Source: Acidimicrobiia bacterium (GTDB lineage Bacteria; Actinomycetota; Acidimicrobiia; Spongiisociales; UBA11373). Taken from it: a stretch of DNA of 64,000 bases. Below the pieces are notes generated by a model, which was given only the letters and a program-made list of their open reading frames with translations, was not told the origin of the DNA and ran no database searches. Below, piece after piece: positions 27,123 through 37,908 of this stretch (the first letter of the stretch is position 1; every line of letters begins with the position of its first letter). The translations under genes were made by a program, and so were the position numbers. The stretch spans positions 3,589 to 67,588 of the forward strand of contig JBBEAX010000055.1 in NCBI GenBank assembly GCA_040882645.1, given 5' to 3'.

Positions 27123-27936
27123 GTCTCCTCCTGAACTCCTCGGCGAGCGAGCGGTAGGCGATGGCCCCGCGGCTCATCGGATCGAACGACTCGATGGGTT
27201 CCCCGAACGACGGCGCTTCGGCCAATCGCACCGTACGGGGAATCACCGTGCGGTAGGCCCGATCGCCGAAGTGCTCCCGGACCTGCTGCGAAACGTCGGA
27301 GGCGAGGGTGGTGCGGCGATCGAACATGGTTATCACCGCTCCTTCTATCTCAAGTCCAGGGTTAAGGTTTGCCTGGATCGCATTGATCGACTTGAGTAGT
27401 TGGCTCAATCCTTCGAGCGCGTAGTACTCGGCCTGGATCGGAATGATCACCTCATCCGCTGCGGTGAGCGCATTTACGGTTATTAGCCCGAGGCTCGGGG
27501 GACAATCGATGAACACGAGGTCGAACGCCCGCTCGAGCTTCTCGATGGCGATCGCCATCTGGCGCTCCCGGGAGAACCGGGCCACCAGCTCGATCTCTGC
27601 CGCCGCCAGATCGATCGAGGACGGGGCGACGAACAGCCGGTCCATCGCGGTGGGCAAGATCACTTCGTCGAGGCCGGCCTCGCCCAGAATCACGTCGTAA
27701 ACCGACTTCACCACCGTGCGTCGATCCACGCCGAGGCCACTGGTGGCGTTGCTCTGGGGATCGCAATCGATGACCAGCACCTGCTCCCCCATCGTGGCAA
27801 GGGCGGCAGCCAGGTTGATCGCGGTGGTCGACTTGCCGACCCCGCCCTTCTGATTGGCGAAAGCGACGACGGTTGCGCGGGAACGAGCGGGGTCAGGCAC
27901 CGAGGCGCATGATAAGGATCCAGGCGGGTCCGTCAA
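27106..27936 (-). CDS. parA: Chromosome partitioning ATPase ParA/Soj
   Basis: Deviant Walker A NQKGGVGKSTT, plus VIDCDPQ. Confidence 0.95.
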   Translation of the reverse strand: MTDPPGSLSCASVPDPARSRATVVAFANQKGGVGKSTTAINLAAALATMGEQVLVIDCDPQSNATSGLGVDRRTVVKSVYDVILGEAGLDEVILPTAMDRLFVAPSSIDLAAAEIELVARFSRERQMAIAIEKLERAFDLVFIDCPPSLGLITVNALTAADEVIIPIQAEYYALEGLSQLLKSINAIQANLNPGLEIEGAVITMFDRRTTLASDVSQQVREHFGDRAYRTVIPRTVRLAEAPSFGEPIESFDPMSRGAIAYRSLAEEFRRRHGRTT

Positions 27937-28537
27937 GGATTTCCGGTGGCGTGCCCACCACCTCCGCTTGCAGGCCCAAAGCGGTGGCGACCCCCACCAG
28001 GTCCCGGGTGCGATCCGGCGGCTCCTCCCGTCGACTCAACCCGAGGACTGCGGTACCCGGAATCCCCAGCAGGCGCCCGGCCAGGCCAACGGCCTCCGGC
28101 GCCTTGACCGAGCCCCGAAACACCAGCCCGGACCATTCGTCGGCCACCTCGAAGACGTCTCCCTGGGCGACTCGAACGTTCTCCAAGCCAAGGATCCTCA
28201 CCGCCCTGGTCAGCAGCCGGATACGGCGCCCCCCGCGATCGAGCACGGTGACCTCCGTGTCCGGCCACAGGATCGCCAGCGGGATCCCGGGGAGACCGAC
28301 CCCGGTGCCCACGTCGAGGATCTCGGTTGGTGCGGCCGGCCATGCGGCGGAGAAGGCGACGGAGTCGGCGATGTGTCTCCCCCAGATCCGGTCTGCCTCC
28401 CGCGGTCCCAACCCGCCCGCCGGAATCGCCTCGTGAATCAGCCACTCCGCATACGCCTCGAGCGTTTTGCCCTGGCGTTCGGACAGCTGGTGGCCGGCCC
28501 AAACGGCCGCCTGGCGAGCTAGATCGGGGGAGTCCAT
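27893..28537 (-). CDS. rsmG: 16S rRNA (guanine527-N7)-methyltransferase
   Basis: GidB-like sequence (RHIADSV, ILDVGTGVGLPGIPLAI). Canonical position next to parA. Confidence 0.9.
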   Translation of the reverse strand: MDSPDLARQAAVWAGHQLSERQGKTLEAYAEWLIHEAIPAGGLGPREADRIWGRHIADSVAFSAAWPAAPTEILDVGTGVGLPGIPLAILWPDTEVTVLDRGGRRIRLLTRAVRILGLENVRVAQGDVFEVADEWSGLVFRGSVKAPEAVGLAGRLLGIPGTAVLGLSRREEPPDRTRDLVGVATALGLQAEVVGTPPEILDGPAWILIMRLGA

Positions 28538-28555
28538 GGTGAAGAAGGTACCACT

Positions 28556-28584
28556 TTCGCTACCCGCTACCCGCTACCCGCTAC
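28556..28584. repeat. G-class heptad array (CGCTACC x4), left flank of the parS pair
   Basis: tcgctacccgctacccgctacccgctacc read directly, 19 nt upstream of the rsmG start codon. Confidence 0.8.
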
Positions 28585-28605
28585 CAAGGGATGGGAGCTG
28601 ATATT

Positions 28606-28621
28606 GGTTTCACATGAAACG
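28606..28621. other. parS-like site GGTTTCACATGAAACG (13/16 to TGTTTCACGTGAAACA)
   Basis: Compared by eye with the canonical ParB site. Mismatches fall at both end positions and at the central G>A. Confidence 0.6.
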
Positions 28622-28640
28622 ACTGCACGCGGGTGAGAAC

Positions 28641-28656
28641 CGTTCCACGTGAAACA
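28641..28656. other. parS site CGTTCCACGTGAAACA (15/16 to TGTTNCACGTGAAACA)
   Basis: Near-perfect match, 35 bp centre-to-centre from the first site, in the rsmG-jag intergenic region about 1.5 kb from parB. Confidence 0.85.
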
Positions 28657-28727
28657 TTGAAGGGGGCCGAACATGGGACACCACAAAGAATCATGGGATA
28701 TCACAGACCGGTCCCGCGTCATTTGCC

Positions 28728-28797
28728 GGGGGTAGCGAAGGGCGATCGCAGCAGGCAGCGATTGTCAGCGGGTAGCGACTGTCAGCGATTTCGCTAC
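28728..28797. repeat. Inverted G'-class region (GGGGTAGCG, GCGGGTAGCG) with an internal direct repeat GCGA[TC]TGTCAGCG x2, right flank of the parS pair
   Basis: Direct reading. It contains the GCAGGCAGCG motif shared with 18003-18012. The jag stop TAG (28794-28796) lies inside it. Confidence 0.7.
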
Positions 28798-29663
28798 TCC
28801 GCCGCCACGATCACGGACCGGTGGGGCTCTTCGCCTTCGGAGTAGGAGCGGACGCCGTCGATCTCGCCGACGGTGTCGTGGACCACCTTGCGGTCGGCGG
28901 AATTCATCGGCTCGAGCATGACTTCGCCGCCTTCGGCGATCACCTTGTCGGCGAGTCGGCGAGCGTAGATGCGGAGCGCCTCGCGACGGCGCTCGGTGTA
29001 ACCGGCGATGTCGAGTCGGATGCGGGCGCCCTCCTGGGTCTTCCGCTGGACGATGGTCCGGCAGAGCTCGAGGACCGATTGCAGAATGACCCCTTTGGTG
29101 CCAACGAGCGCCTCGGTCTGTTCGCCGGCGACGTCGGCGTAGATGATCTCCTCCTCGACCCGCACCGAGACCTTGCCTTCGAGTCCGTAGGCCTCGAGCA
29201 ATCCCTTGAGGAACCGCTCGATCTCGGCTGCCTGCTCGTCGACGCCGATCACGTCGCGATCGTCTGGGCGTGCCCTCATCTCCTCACGCTCCTTCGAACG
29301 ATCATCTCGCTTCGGAGGCCTCGGCTTCGGGCTGCTGGCCGATTTGGATCCACGGTCTCCTCCCCTTCCTCCGCTCGATGAGCGCTGGTCCGACTCGCGA
29401 GGCTTGGTCCCCGCTCCACCCCGCGGGTGCCGCGTGTCGCCACCCGAACCGCGGCTCCGTCGCCCGTTGCTCGGCTTCGGCGGCTTACGCTTAATGCGAA
29501 CCACGGCGCCTTCGCCGCCGATTCCGAGGAATCCCCGGGTCGGTTGCTGCAGGACCTCGATCTCTGCCTCATCCTGAGACTTGAGACCCAACTCCTCGAG
29601 GCCCGCCTCGATGGCGGTCTCCACCGACGGTCCCCTGACGTCCACGTACTCCCTGGAAGACAC
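28794..29663 (-). CDS. jag: Jag/KhpB RNA-binding protein (Jag-N, KH, R3H)
   Basis: N-terminal Jag_N (VETAIEAGLEELGL), a basic low-complexity linker and C-terminal KH/R3H (GYTERRREALRIYARRLADKV, MNSADRKVVHD). Confidence 0.9.
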   Translation of the reverse strand: MSSREYVDVRGPSVETAIEAGLEELGLKSQDEAEIEVLQQPTRGFLGIGGEGAVVRIKRKPPKPSNGRRSRGSGGDTRHPRGGAGTKPRESDQRSSSGGRGGDRGSKSASSPKPRPPKRDDRSKEREEMRARPDDRDVIGVDEQAAEIERFLKGLLEAYGLEGKVSVRVEEEIIYADVAGEQTEALVGTKGVILQSVLELCRTIVQRKTQEGARIRLDIAGYTERRREALRIYARRLADKVIAEGGEVMLEPMNSADRKVVHDTVGEIDGVRSYSEGEEPHRSVIVAAE

Positions 29664-30557
29664 CTACTTCCTCCTCCGCTTCTTTCCCCGCTTCTTCTTC
29701 GAGACGTTGGAGCTCCGTTGACCGCCACTCGGAAGAGGCCGGGTGGCGGTGGGGGAGTCGTCGCTCGGTCGGGGTTGCTTCCCTTCCTTCAAAGATGCCG
29801 TCTTCGGGGATGCGGCCTTGGTCGGGCTGGATCCCTTCTTGTCGCCTCCGTCCATCCCGAGGATGAGGGCCTGCTGCCCGATCCTGAAGATCTGGCTGGC
29901 AGCGAAGTAGACCACCAGGCCCGCCGGGAGGGTGTAGGAGATGAACCCAAAGAATAATGGAAAAATCTTCATGATCGCTTGACCGGGGGGCTGCTGGCCG
30001 CCTTGGGCACTGCTGCGGGCCATGGTCTGCCGCTGCTGCCAGTAGGCGGTGAAGACCACTATCAGGATCGTGAGGAAGTACGGAATCGCATCGATGATGC
30101 CGATGTCGAGGGCGTTGCTGGGGGAGACGCTCAGGTCCATCCACAGGAAGTCGACCCGACCCTCTGCCACCGCCCGTGCCAGCTCGCTGCCTTCGGTTAC
30201 CCATTTTCCCGGATTTCGCAGCACGCTGAACAGGGCGAACCAGATCGGCATCTGGAGCAGAAGGGGGAGACACCCGGCGGCGGGATTGACGCCCCTCTCC
30301 TTGTAGAGCGCCATCGTCGCCGCCTGTTGGGCCTGCCGATCGTGCTTCAGTTCCTTCTGGATCCGCTTGATTTCGGGCTGGATCTCCTGCATCGCCTTCA
30401 TCGAGCGGGTCTGCTTGAGGGTGAGCGGGAACAGCAGAATCCCGATGACGACGGTCAGCAGGATGATGGCGATCCCGAAGTTGGCGATGAGGCTGTAGAA
30501 GAAGGTCAGCGTTGCGCCGATGATCTCCTGAATGCCGTTCCAGATCCCCGACATCAA
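29664..30557 (-). CDS. yidC: Membrane protein insertase YidC (short, Gram-positive type)
   Basis: [49 protein letters not shown], and a basic C-terminal tail. Confidence 0.95.
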   Translation of the reverse strand: MMSGIWNGIQEIIGATLTFFYSLIANFGIAIILLTVVIGILLFPLTLKQTRSMKAMQEIQPEIKRIQKELKHDRQAQQAATMALYKERGVNPAAGCLPLLLQMPIWFALFSVLRNPGKWVTEGSELARAVAEGRVDFLWMDLSVSPSNALDIGIIDAIPYFLTILIVVFTAYWQQRQTMARSSAQGGQQPPGQAIMKIFPLFFGFISYTLPAGLVVYFAASQIFRIGQQALILGMDGGDKKGSSPTKAASPKTASLKEGKQPRPSDDSPTATRPLPSGGQRSSNVSKKKRGKKRRRK

Positions 30558-30823
30558 TGAACCCCTATCTCATCGCGGTGCGGAACCGGATCGACTCCGC
30601 CTTCTCTCCACGGATGGCATCGCCCGATCCGCTTCACGGCCATCCAACTGCCGCGCATCGCGCCCCACTCGTCGATGGCTTCGAACGCGTATCCCGAGCA
30701 TGTGGGCTGGTACCGGCAGCGCCGTCCGACCAGGGGAGAGAGCGCCTTCCGATAGAGGATGATCGGTCGCTGCAGCCACCAGCCGGGCTGGTAAGGCTTC
30801 AGCGTTCCCTTCACATCTTCCAC
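30554..30823 (-). CDS. yidD: Membrane protein insertion efficiency factor YidD
   Basis: [15 protein letters not shown] and GRCHPW motifs. Overlaps the yidC start by 4 nt. Confidence 0.9.
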   Translation of the reverse strand: MEDVKGTLKPYQPGWWLQRPIILYRKALSPLVGRRCRYQPTCSGYAFEAIDEWGAMRGSWMAVKRIGRCHPWREGGVDPVPHRDEIGVH

Positions 30824-30826
30824 CGC

Positions 30827-31129
30827 TCACTCCTGTTCCATCGTCGCCCTTTGGGCCCAGGCCACCAGCGCCTCGAACGGCGCTCGGACTGCTGCCGCAG
30901 AGGCGATCACCACATACTCGCGGCCCTCCCGCAGCGGGACGAGGCGTAGCGCCTGGCGCAACCGCCTCTTGGCCCGATTCCTTCGGACCGCGTTACCCAC
31001 CGCCCGGCCGGCGACTACCGCCACCCTGGGAGTGCCCGGCTCGCCCGGCGCGGCGAAGACGGTGATGCCGCCGACGCGCCGACGCGTCCCGACCCGCCGC
31101 ACTCTCCCGACGTCGGAACTCTTTCGCAG
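30827..31129 (-). CDS. rnpA: Ribonuclease P protein component, with the start probably non-canonical
   Basis: RNR motif (AVGNAVRRNRAKRRLR). The track ORF starts at GTG 31102, but the conserved N-terminal LRKSSDVGRV segment lies upstream in frame. The frame is open back to 31258 with no ATG, GTG or TTG. Candidates are CTG 31127-31129, ATC 31151-31153 and ATA 31163-31165. Confidence 0.8.
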   Translation of the reverse strand: MRKSSDVGRVRRVGTRRRVGGITVFAAPGEPGTPRVAVVAGRAVGNAVRRNRAKRRLRQALRLVPLREGREYVVIASAAAVRAPFEALVAWAQRATMEQE

Positions 31130-31161
31130 CGGGGCGTAGGGCGCCGCGGCGATGCTGCGAC

Positions 31162-31296
31162 CTATGCGGAAAGCCGGCGTCGGCCCTTGAGGCGCCGGCG
31201 CTTGAGGATTGCGCGGCCAGCCCGCGTCCGCATACGCAGCCGGAAGCCATGCCGCTTCTTACGGCGGCGAACATTCGGCTGATAGGTGCGCTTCAT
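31162..31296 (-). CDS. rpmH: 50S ribosomal protein L34
   Basis: Hand translation gives [44 protein letters not shown]. Not in the ORF track because it is under 60 aa. Confidence 0.95.
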   Translation of the reverse strand: MKRTYQPNVRRRKKRHGFRLRMRTRAGRAILKRRRLKGRRRLSA

Positions 31297-31750
31297 GAGG
31301 GAGTCCCAAGAGAAGGAAGAGGATGCTTTCGGGTGAGGTTACGAAGAGTTGGTCGACTTTGTCAAAGGTGAGGCGCGCCCGCAGAAGCCGTTCGCGAGAA
31401 ATGCCAATGAGTCGCGAAAGATCACTTACCGGCCTGATCGTCCACACCTTCGTCTCCAACACTACGAACTCGCGAAATCCATCTCTGATTGTCGTTGATC
31501 CATAAGGGGTTTCGCTGGCCGCCAGCCCGGTCGCCAGTGGATAAGCCGCGTTTTGTCATTCTTGTGGGGCGCGATGGCCGTTTCATATACTCGCCGTTCA
31601 CCGGTCCCCCCAACCGGTCGACTTCCCAGGTCATCGACCCAGCGGCGCGCTGGGTGGGGCAAGAGTAAGAGCGGGAAATCCGCCCTTCTCCACAGGTGTG
31701 GATACCCCTGTGGAGAAAGATTCGATACATGAGAGCACTCGAGGGAGGAC
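31297..31750. other. oriC candidate, left part / dnaA promoter region with DnaA boxes
   Basis: Boxes with 8/9 matches: TCGTCCACA 31438-31446 (+), TTATCCACT 31536-31544 (-), TTCTCCACA 31686-31694 (+), GTATCCACA 31697-31705 (-), TTCTCCACA 31709-31717 (-). The last three form an 11-bp inverted repeat (TTCTCCACAGG...CCTGTGGAGAA) 34 nt before the dnaA GTG. The region is relatively AT-rich. Confidence 0.6.
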
Positions 31751-33112
31751 GTGGAAGCCCATCCGGCCGCTGAGAGTTGGGACCAGTTTCGCCAATCGCT
31801 CCGATCAAGAGTCACTCCAGTCACCTGGAGGACCTGGTTGGAGGGCCTGTCTCCCCAAACCTTCGACGCAGGTGTCGTCCGCATCCTCGCCCCCAGCGAG
31901 TTCCATCTCCGCTGGGTGAACGAGAAGTATCGGCCGATCATCGAGGAGTCGGCCGCCGCCGTGTACGGCGACGGGGTCGTCGTCGAGATGGCGGCGAGAG
32001 AGATGCCGCTGTTCGACAGCCCCACCGTCGACGATGAGCTGGGGCCCGACACGCTCACCGAGACTCCCATTCCGGTGGAGGGTGAGGACGATCCGCTCGT
32101 CCCCAAGTACTCGTTCGAGAACTTCGTGGTAGGCCCGTCCAACCGCTTCGCCCACGCCGCCGCCCTCGCCATCGCCGAGCAGCCCGGAGGGCACTACAAC
32201 CCGTTGTTCATCTACGGCGGAGCCGGCTTGGGAAAGACCCACCTGCTCCAGGCGATCGCCCAGCACTGCGCCGACCTGAATCCCCGCCTCGAGGTCTGTT
32301 ACCTGACCTCGGAGGAGTTCTTCAACGGGTTCATCGATGGCATTCGGCGCAAGCGGATGGACGAGTTCAAGGCCCGCTACCGCAGCGTCGACATGCTGCT
32401 GCTCGACGACGTTCAGTTCCTGGAGGGCAAGGAGCAGATCCTCGAGGAGTTCTTCCACACCTTCAACTCCCTGTACGAGGCAGGCAAGCAGTTGGTGTTC
32501 TCGTCGGACCGGCCACCCAAGAGCCTTTCGAGCCTCGAAGACCGCATTCGGAGCCGTTTCGAGTGGGGCCTCACCACCGACATCCAGCCCCCCGACGTCG
32601 AGACCAGGCTGGCGATCCTTCGCAAGAACGCGGCGTTTGCGCCGGTGGTGGTGCCCGAGGCGGTGCTCGATTTCATGGCCAACCGGGTGGTCGACAACAT
32701 CCGCGAACTCGAAGGGGCCTTGACCCGAGTGACTGCATATGCCGCGTTGACCCATCAGCCGATCGACCTCGAGATGGCCGAGGACGTACTGCAGGATCTC
32801 GGGCCGGCGCACAATGCCATGCCGATCAGCCCCGGCAGGATCCTGGCGGCCTCCTCCGAATCGTTCGGGGTATCGATCGGCGACCTCGAGAGCCCGAGCC
32901 GCAAGCAGCCGCTGGCGCGGGCCCGCCAGGTCGCCATGTACATCTGCCGCGAACTCACCGACCTGTCTCTTCCCAAGATCGGCAGCCTGTTCGGGGGCCG
33001 GGACCACACCACCGTGCTCCACGGGGTGAACAATGTGGCTCGGCTCATGAAGGAAGATCAGCAGCTCTTCGATCGTGTCACAGCCCTGTTGCAAAGTCTG
33101 AGGAAATCGTGA
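31751..33112 (+). CDS. dnaA: Chromosomal replication initiator DnaA
   Basis: AAA+ Walker [24 protein letters not shown], and the domain IV HTH (DHTTVLHG). Confidence 0.95.
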   Translation: MEAHPAAESWDQFRQSLRSRVTPVTWRTWLEGLSPQTFDAGVVRILAPSEFHLRWVNEKYRPIIEESAAAVYGDGVVVEMAAREMPLFDSPTVDDELGPDTLTETPIPVEGEDDPLVPKYSFENFVVGPSNRFAHAAALAIAEQPGGHYNPLFIYGGAGLGKTHLLQAIAQHCADLNPRLEVCYLTSEEFFNGFIDGIRRKRMDEFKARYRSVDMLLLDDVQFLEGKEQILEEFFHTFNSLYEAGKQLVFSSDRPPKSLSSLEDRIRSRFEWGLTTDIQPPDVETRLAILRKNAAFAPVVVPEAVLDFMANRVVDNIRELEGALTRVTAYAALTHQPIDLEMAEDVLQDLGPAHNAMPISPGRILAASSESFGVSIGDLESPSRKQPLARARQVAMYICRELTDLSLPKIGSLFGGRDHTTVLHGVNNVARLMKEDQQLFDRVTALLQSLRKS

Positions 33113-33303
33113 GCATTCATCCACAGTCTCCCCAGGGCACCCGGCAGGGTGTTTACAACCTCCGCCAGTCGTCCCCTGGGGTGGGGACGACGAATCGGCG
33201 CCTGACCTGGCCCGATGGCGGCTTCTCCACAATCCACACCCCCTACTACTGCTACTACTTGTTCTTTCAATAAATACAGTCGAAGAAGAGAGAGGAACAC
33301 CCT
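33113..33303. other. oriC candidate, right part (dnaA-dnaN intergenic): DnaA boxes plus an AT-rich putative unwinding element
   Basis: TCATCCACA 33117-33125, TTCTCCACA 33223-33231, CAATCCACA 33230-33238. Tandem 9-mers CTACTACTG/CTACTACTT 33243-33260. AT-rich run cttgttctttcaataaatacagtcgaagaag at about 33258-33290. This is the usual oriC location in Actinobacteria. Confidence 0.6.
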
Positions 33304-34383
33304 GTGCGTATCAGAGCGGAACGAGACGACTTGGTCGACGTCCTCGGCCGCGCCGCCCGCGCCGTCGTAGTTCGTTCGCCGCGACCAATCCTCCAAGGCG
33401 TGCTCGTGGACGTTCGCGGCAAGACGATGCGGATCACCGGTACCGACGAGAACATCACGGTCAGGACCCAGCTCGACGTTGAGGTCCTCGAGGAGGGGAC
33501 CACCGTCGTACCTGCCCGGCTGGCCACCGAGGCGGTTCGTAAAATGCCGTCGGGGGCAGTCGTAGTCCACGCCGAAGGCGGCGAGGTCGAGATCACCGGG
33601 AACGGGCCCCGGTTCCGGTTCCGCGAGTCCCCGGTCGACGACTTCCCGCGGATTTCCGAGCCAGATCTCTCCGACTCGGTGAAGGTCGCCGGCGACGAGT
33701 TCATCGATGCGGTGAATCAGGTCGGGGTCGCCGCCTCCAACGACGACGCCCGTCCGATCCTCACCGGGGTGTACTTCGAGAGCGAGGAGGGGCGGCTGCG
33801 TCTGGTGGCGACGGACTCCTATCGGCTGGCGGTGCGCGACCTCCCCTCGGTCGACGCCCAGCTGTCGGGGCTCGTGCCGGTGCGCGCACTGAAGGAACTG
33901 GGTCGCAGCATCGGCGCTTCCGAACTTCAGGTCGCCATCGGGGACCGCGAGGCGGCGTTCTCGTCCGATCGGGGCACGCTCACCGCCCGGTTGATCGAGG
34001 GAACGTTCCCGAACTACCGGCAGCTCCTCCCCCCTTCGTATCCGAACCGGCTCAGCTTGTCCCGCGACGGGCTGCTCGAGGCGATCGACCGGGCGTCGCT
34101 GGTGGCCGAAGACCACATTCCCATCCGGCTCACGCTCCAGAAGGGCGGGGTGGAGCTGAGCGTCACCCGACAAGACGTCGGCGGCGAGACCGAGCATGTC
34201 GATGGTGAGTACTCGGGTGAGGAGATGACGATCGCCTTCAACAGCCGGTACCTCAACGACGGTGTCAACGCGGTTCAGGGCGACGAGGTGGTACTCGACG
34301 TGATGGATCCCCTCAAGCCCGGCCTGTTGCGCGGCGGCGGGCACGACGACTTCGTCTATCTCCTCATGCCCGTCCGGCTTTGA
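33304..34383 (+). CDS. dnaN: DNA polymerase III beta sliding clamp
   Basis: 359 aa following dnaA, with typical clamp sequence (ILQGVLVDV, ATDSYRLAV, LMPVRL end). Confidence 0.95.
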   Translation: MRIRAERDDLVDVLGRAARAVVVRSPRPILQGVLVDVRGKTMRITGTDENITVRTQLDVEVLEEGTTVVPARLATEAVRKMPSGAVVVHAEGGEVEITGNGPRFRFRESPVDDFPRISEPDLSDSVKVAGDEFIDAVNQVGVAASNDDARPILTGVYFESEEGRLRLVATDSYRLAVRDLPSVDAQLSGLVPVRALKELGRSIGASELQVAIGDREAAFSSDRGTLTARLIEGTFPNYRQLLPPSYPNRLSLSRDGLLEAIDRASLVAEDHIPIRLTLQKGGVELSVTRQDVGGETEHVDGEYSGEEMTIAFNSRYLNDGVNAVQGDEVVLDVMDPLKPGLLRGGGHDDFVYLLMPVRL

Positions 34384-34396
34384 ACGAGTCGATCGC

Positions 34397-35500
34397 GTGC
34401 AACTGGTCTGGCTCGAACTTCGGGACTTCCGCTCGTACGAGTCTCTGGCGTTCCGTCCCGAACCAGGGGTGAACGTTCTCGTCGGCCCGAACGGCGCCGG
34501 CAAGTCGTCGATACTCGAAGCCATCGGTTACCTCGCCACACTGTCCTCGTTCCGGCGTGCTCCCGAAGCGTCGTTGGTGCGGGAGGACGCCGACTCAGCG
34601 ATCGCCAGAGGCGAGTTCTTCTCCGGTGGGGGAGGCACCGTCATCGAAGTCGAGACGCCGCGGACGGGTCGCCGCCGAGTGCTCCTCAACGGCAAGCGCG
34701 CCCAGGGCCGCGCGGATGTGGCCGCGGCTGTCACGGTGGTGGCATTCCTCCCTGACGATCTCGACCTGGTCAAGCGCGGTCCGGCCTACCGGCGCGAGTA
34801 CATCGACGACGTCGCCGCGCAGGCGTGGCCGGCAGCCGGTGCCGAACAGGCCGACTACGAGCGGGCTCTGCGCCAACGCAATGCCCTTCTCCGTAAAGAG
34901 GGGCGACGCGCCGACGGGCCCACGCTCAATGTATGGGACGAGCGGGTGAGCCTGCTGGGGGCACGGATCCTCGAACGGCGCCTGGCCGCGGCGGCCCTGC
35001 TCGAACCGGCCGTAGCCGGGCTGTACCTCGAGTTGGGGGAGGGCGGGGAGCGATTCAGTTGGAGTTATCTCTCCAGCGGGTTGGGCACTCTGGTCGCCCC
35101 TTCGGCAGGGGACACCCTGGTGGAACCGCTGCGGGCTGCGATGGCCGCTGCCCGCAATGATGATCTGGACCGGCGCACCACCACCGTGGGCCCTCATCGG
35201 GACGACCTGGTGATGCTCCTCGATGGCCGCGACGCCCGCACTCGGGCGTCTCAGGGAGAGCAGCGCTCGATCGCTCTCGGCCTTCGACTGGCTGCGTTCC
35301 GGGTGCTGTCGGATCGCCGCGGATCGCCGCCAGTGCTGCTGCTCGACGACGTCTTCTCCGAACTCGACGCGGCGCGCGGTGAACGCCTGGTGGGGCACCT
35401 TCCCCACGCCCAGGTCTTCGTGACCTCGGCGCGATCGGAGGAAGTGCCCATGGTGGGCGCGCGGTGGCGCGTCGACGACGGCGAGGTGAAAGCGGCATGA
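34397..35500 (+). CDS. recF: DNA replication and repair protein RecF
   Basis: Walker A GPNGAGKSSILEA, signature SQGEQRSIALGLRLA, LLLDDVFSELD. Confidence 0.95.
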   Translation: MQLVWLELRDFRSYESLAFRPEPGVNVLVGPNGAGKSSILEAIGYLATLSSFRRAPEASLVREDADSAIARGEFFSGGGGTVIEVETPRTGRRRVLLNGKRAQGRADVAAAVTVVAFLPDDLDLVKRGPAYRREYIDDVAAQAWPAAGAEQADYERALRQRNALLRKEGRRADGPTLNVWDERVSLLGARILERRLAAAALLEPAVAGLYLELGEGGERFSWSYLSSGLGTLVAPSAGDTLVEPLRAAMAAARNDDLDRRTTTVGPHRDDLVMLLDGRDARTRASQGEQRSIALGLRLAAFRVLSDRRGSPPVLLLDDVFSELDAARGERLVGHLPHAQVFVTSARSEEVPMVGARWRVDDGEVKAA

Positions 35501-35817
35501 CCGACGACGACCGGGGGCTGCGCCCGGTGGGCCGCGGGGTCGAGAAGATGCTCCGCGACCTGGGAATGCCGGAGATGTTCGACGTCGCCACCATGGTCGA
35601 GAACTGGGCGGAGGTGGCCGGGGAGCCCTTTGGGTCGATGGCGGTGCCCGACTCCTTTGGCGCCGGTGTGCTGACATTGAGCGTCGCCGACGGGGTGGCC
35701 GCATCGCTCCTCAAGTACCGGGTCGGAGACCTCATCGGACGGCTCGCCGGCCGTTTCGGGGAGGGGGTCGTGACCTCGGTGCGGATCAAGGTTGGGGGCC
35801 ACAAAAAGGGCCTCTGA
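35497..35817 (+). CDS. dciA: DUF721 / DciA-like protein
   Basis: ATG 35497 overlaps the recF stop (ATGA). The recF-DUF721-gyrB position and the sequence (W..VAGEPFGSMAVPDSFGAGVLTLSVADGVAASLLKY) fit the Rv0004-like family. Confidence 0.75.
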   Translation: MTDDDRGLRPVGRGVEKMLRDLGMPEMFDVATMVENWAEVAGEPFGSMAVPDSFGAGVLTLSVADGVAASLLKYRVGDLIGRLAGRFGEGVVTSVRIKVGGHKKGL

Positions 35818-35838
35818 CCTGGCCTTTTCCAATTCTGA

Positions 35839-37899
<2,061 letters not shown>

Positions 37900-37908
37900 G
37901 AGAGCCAG

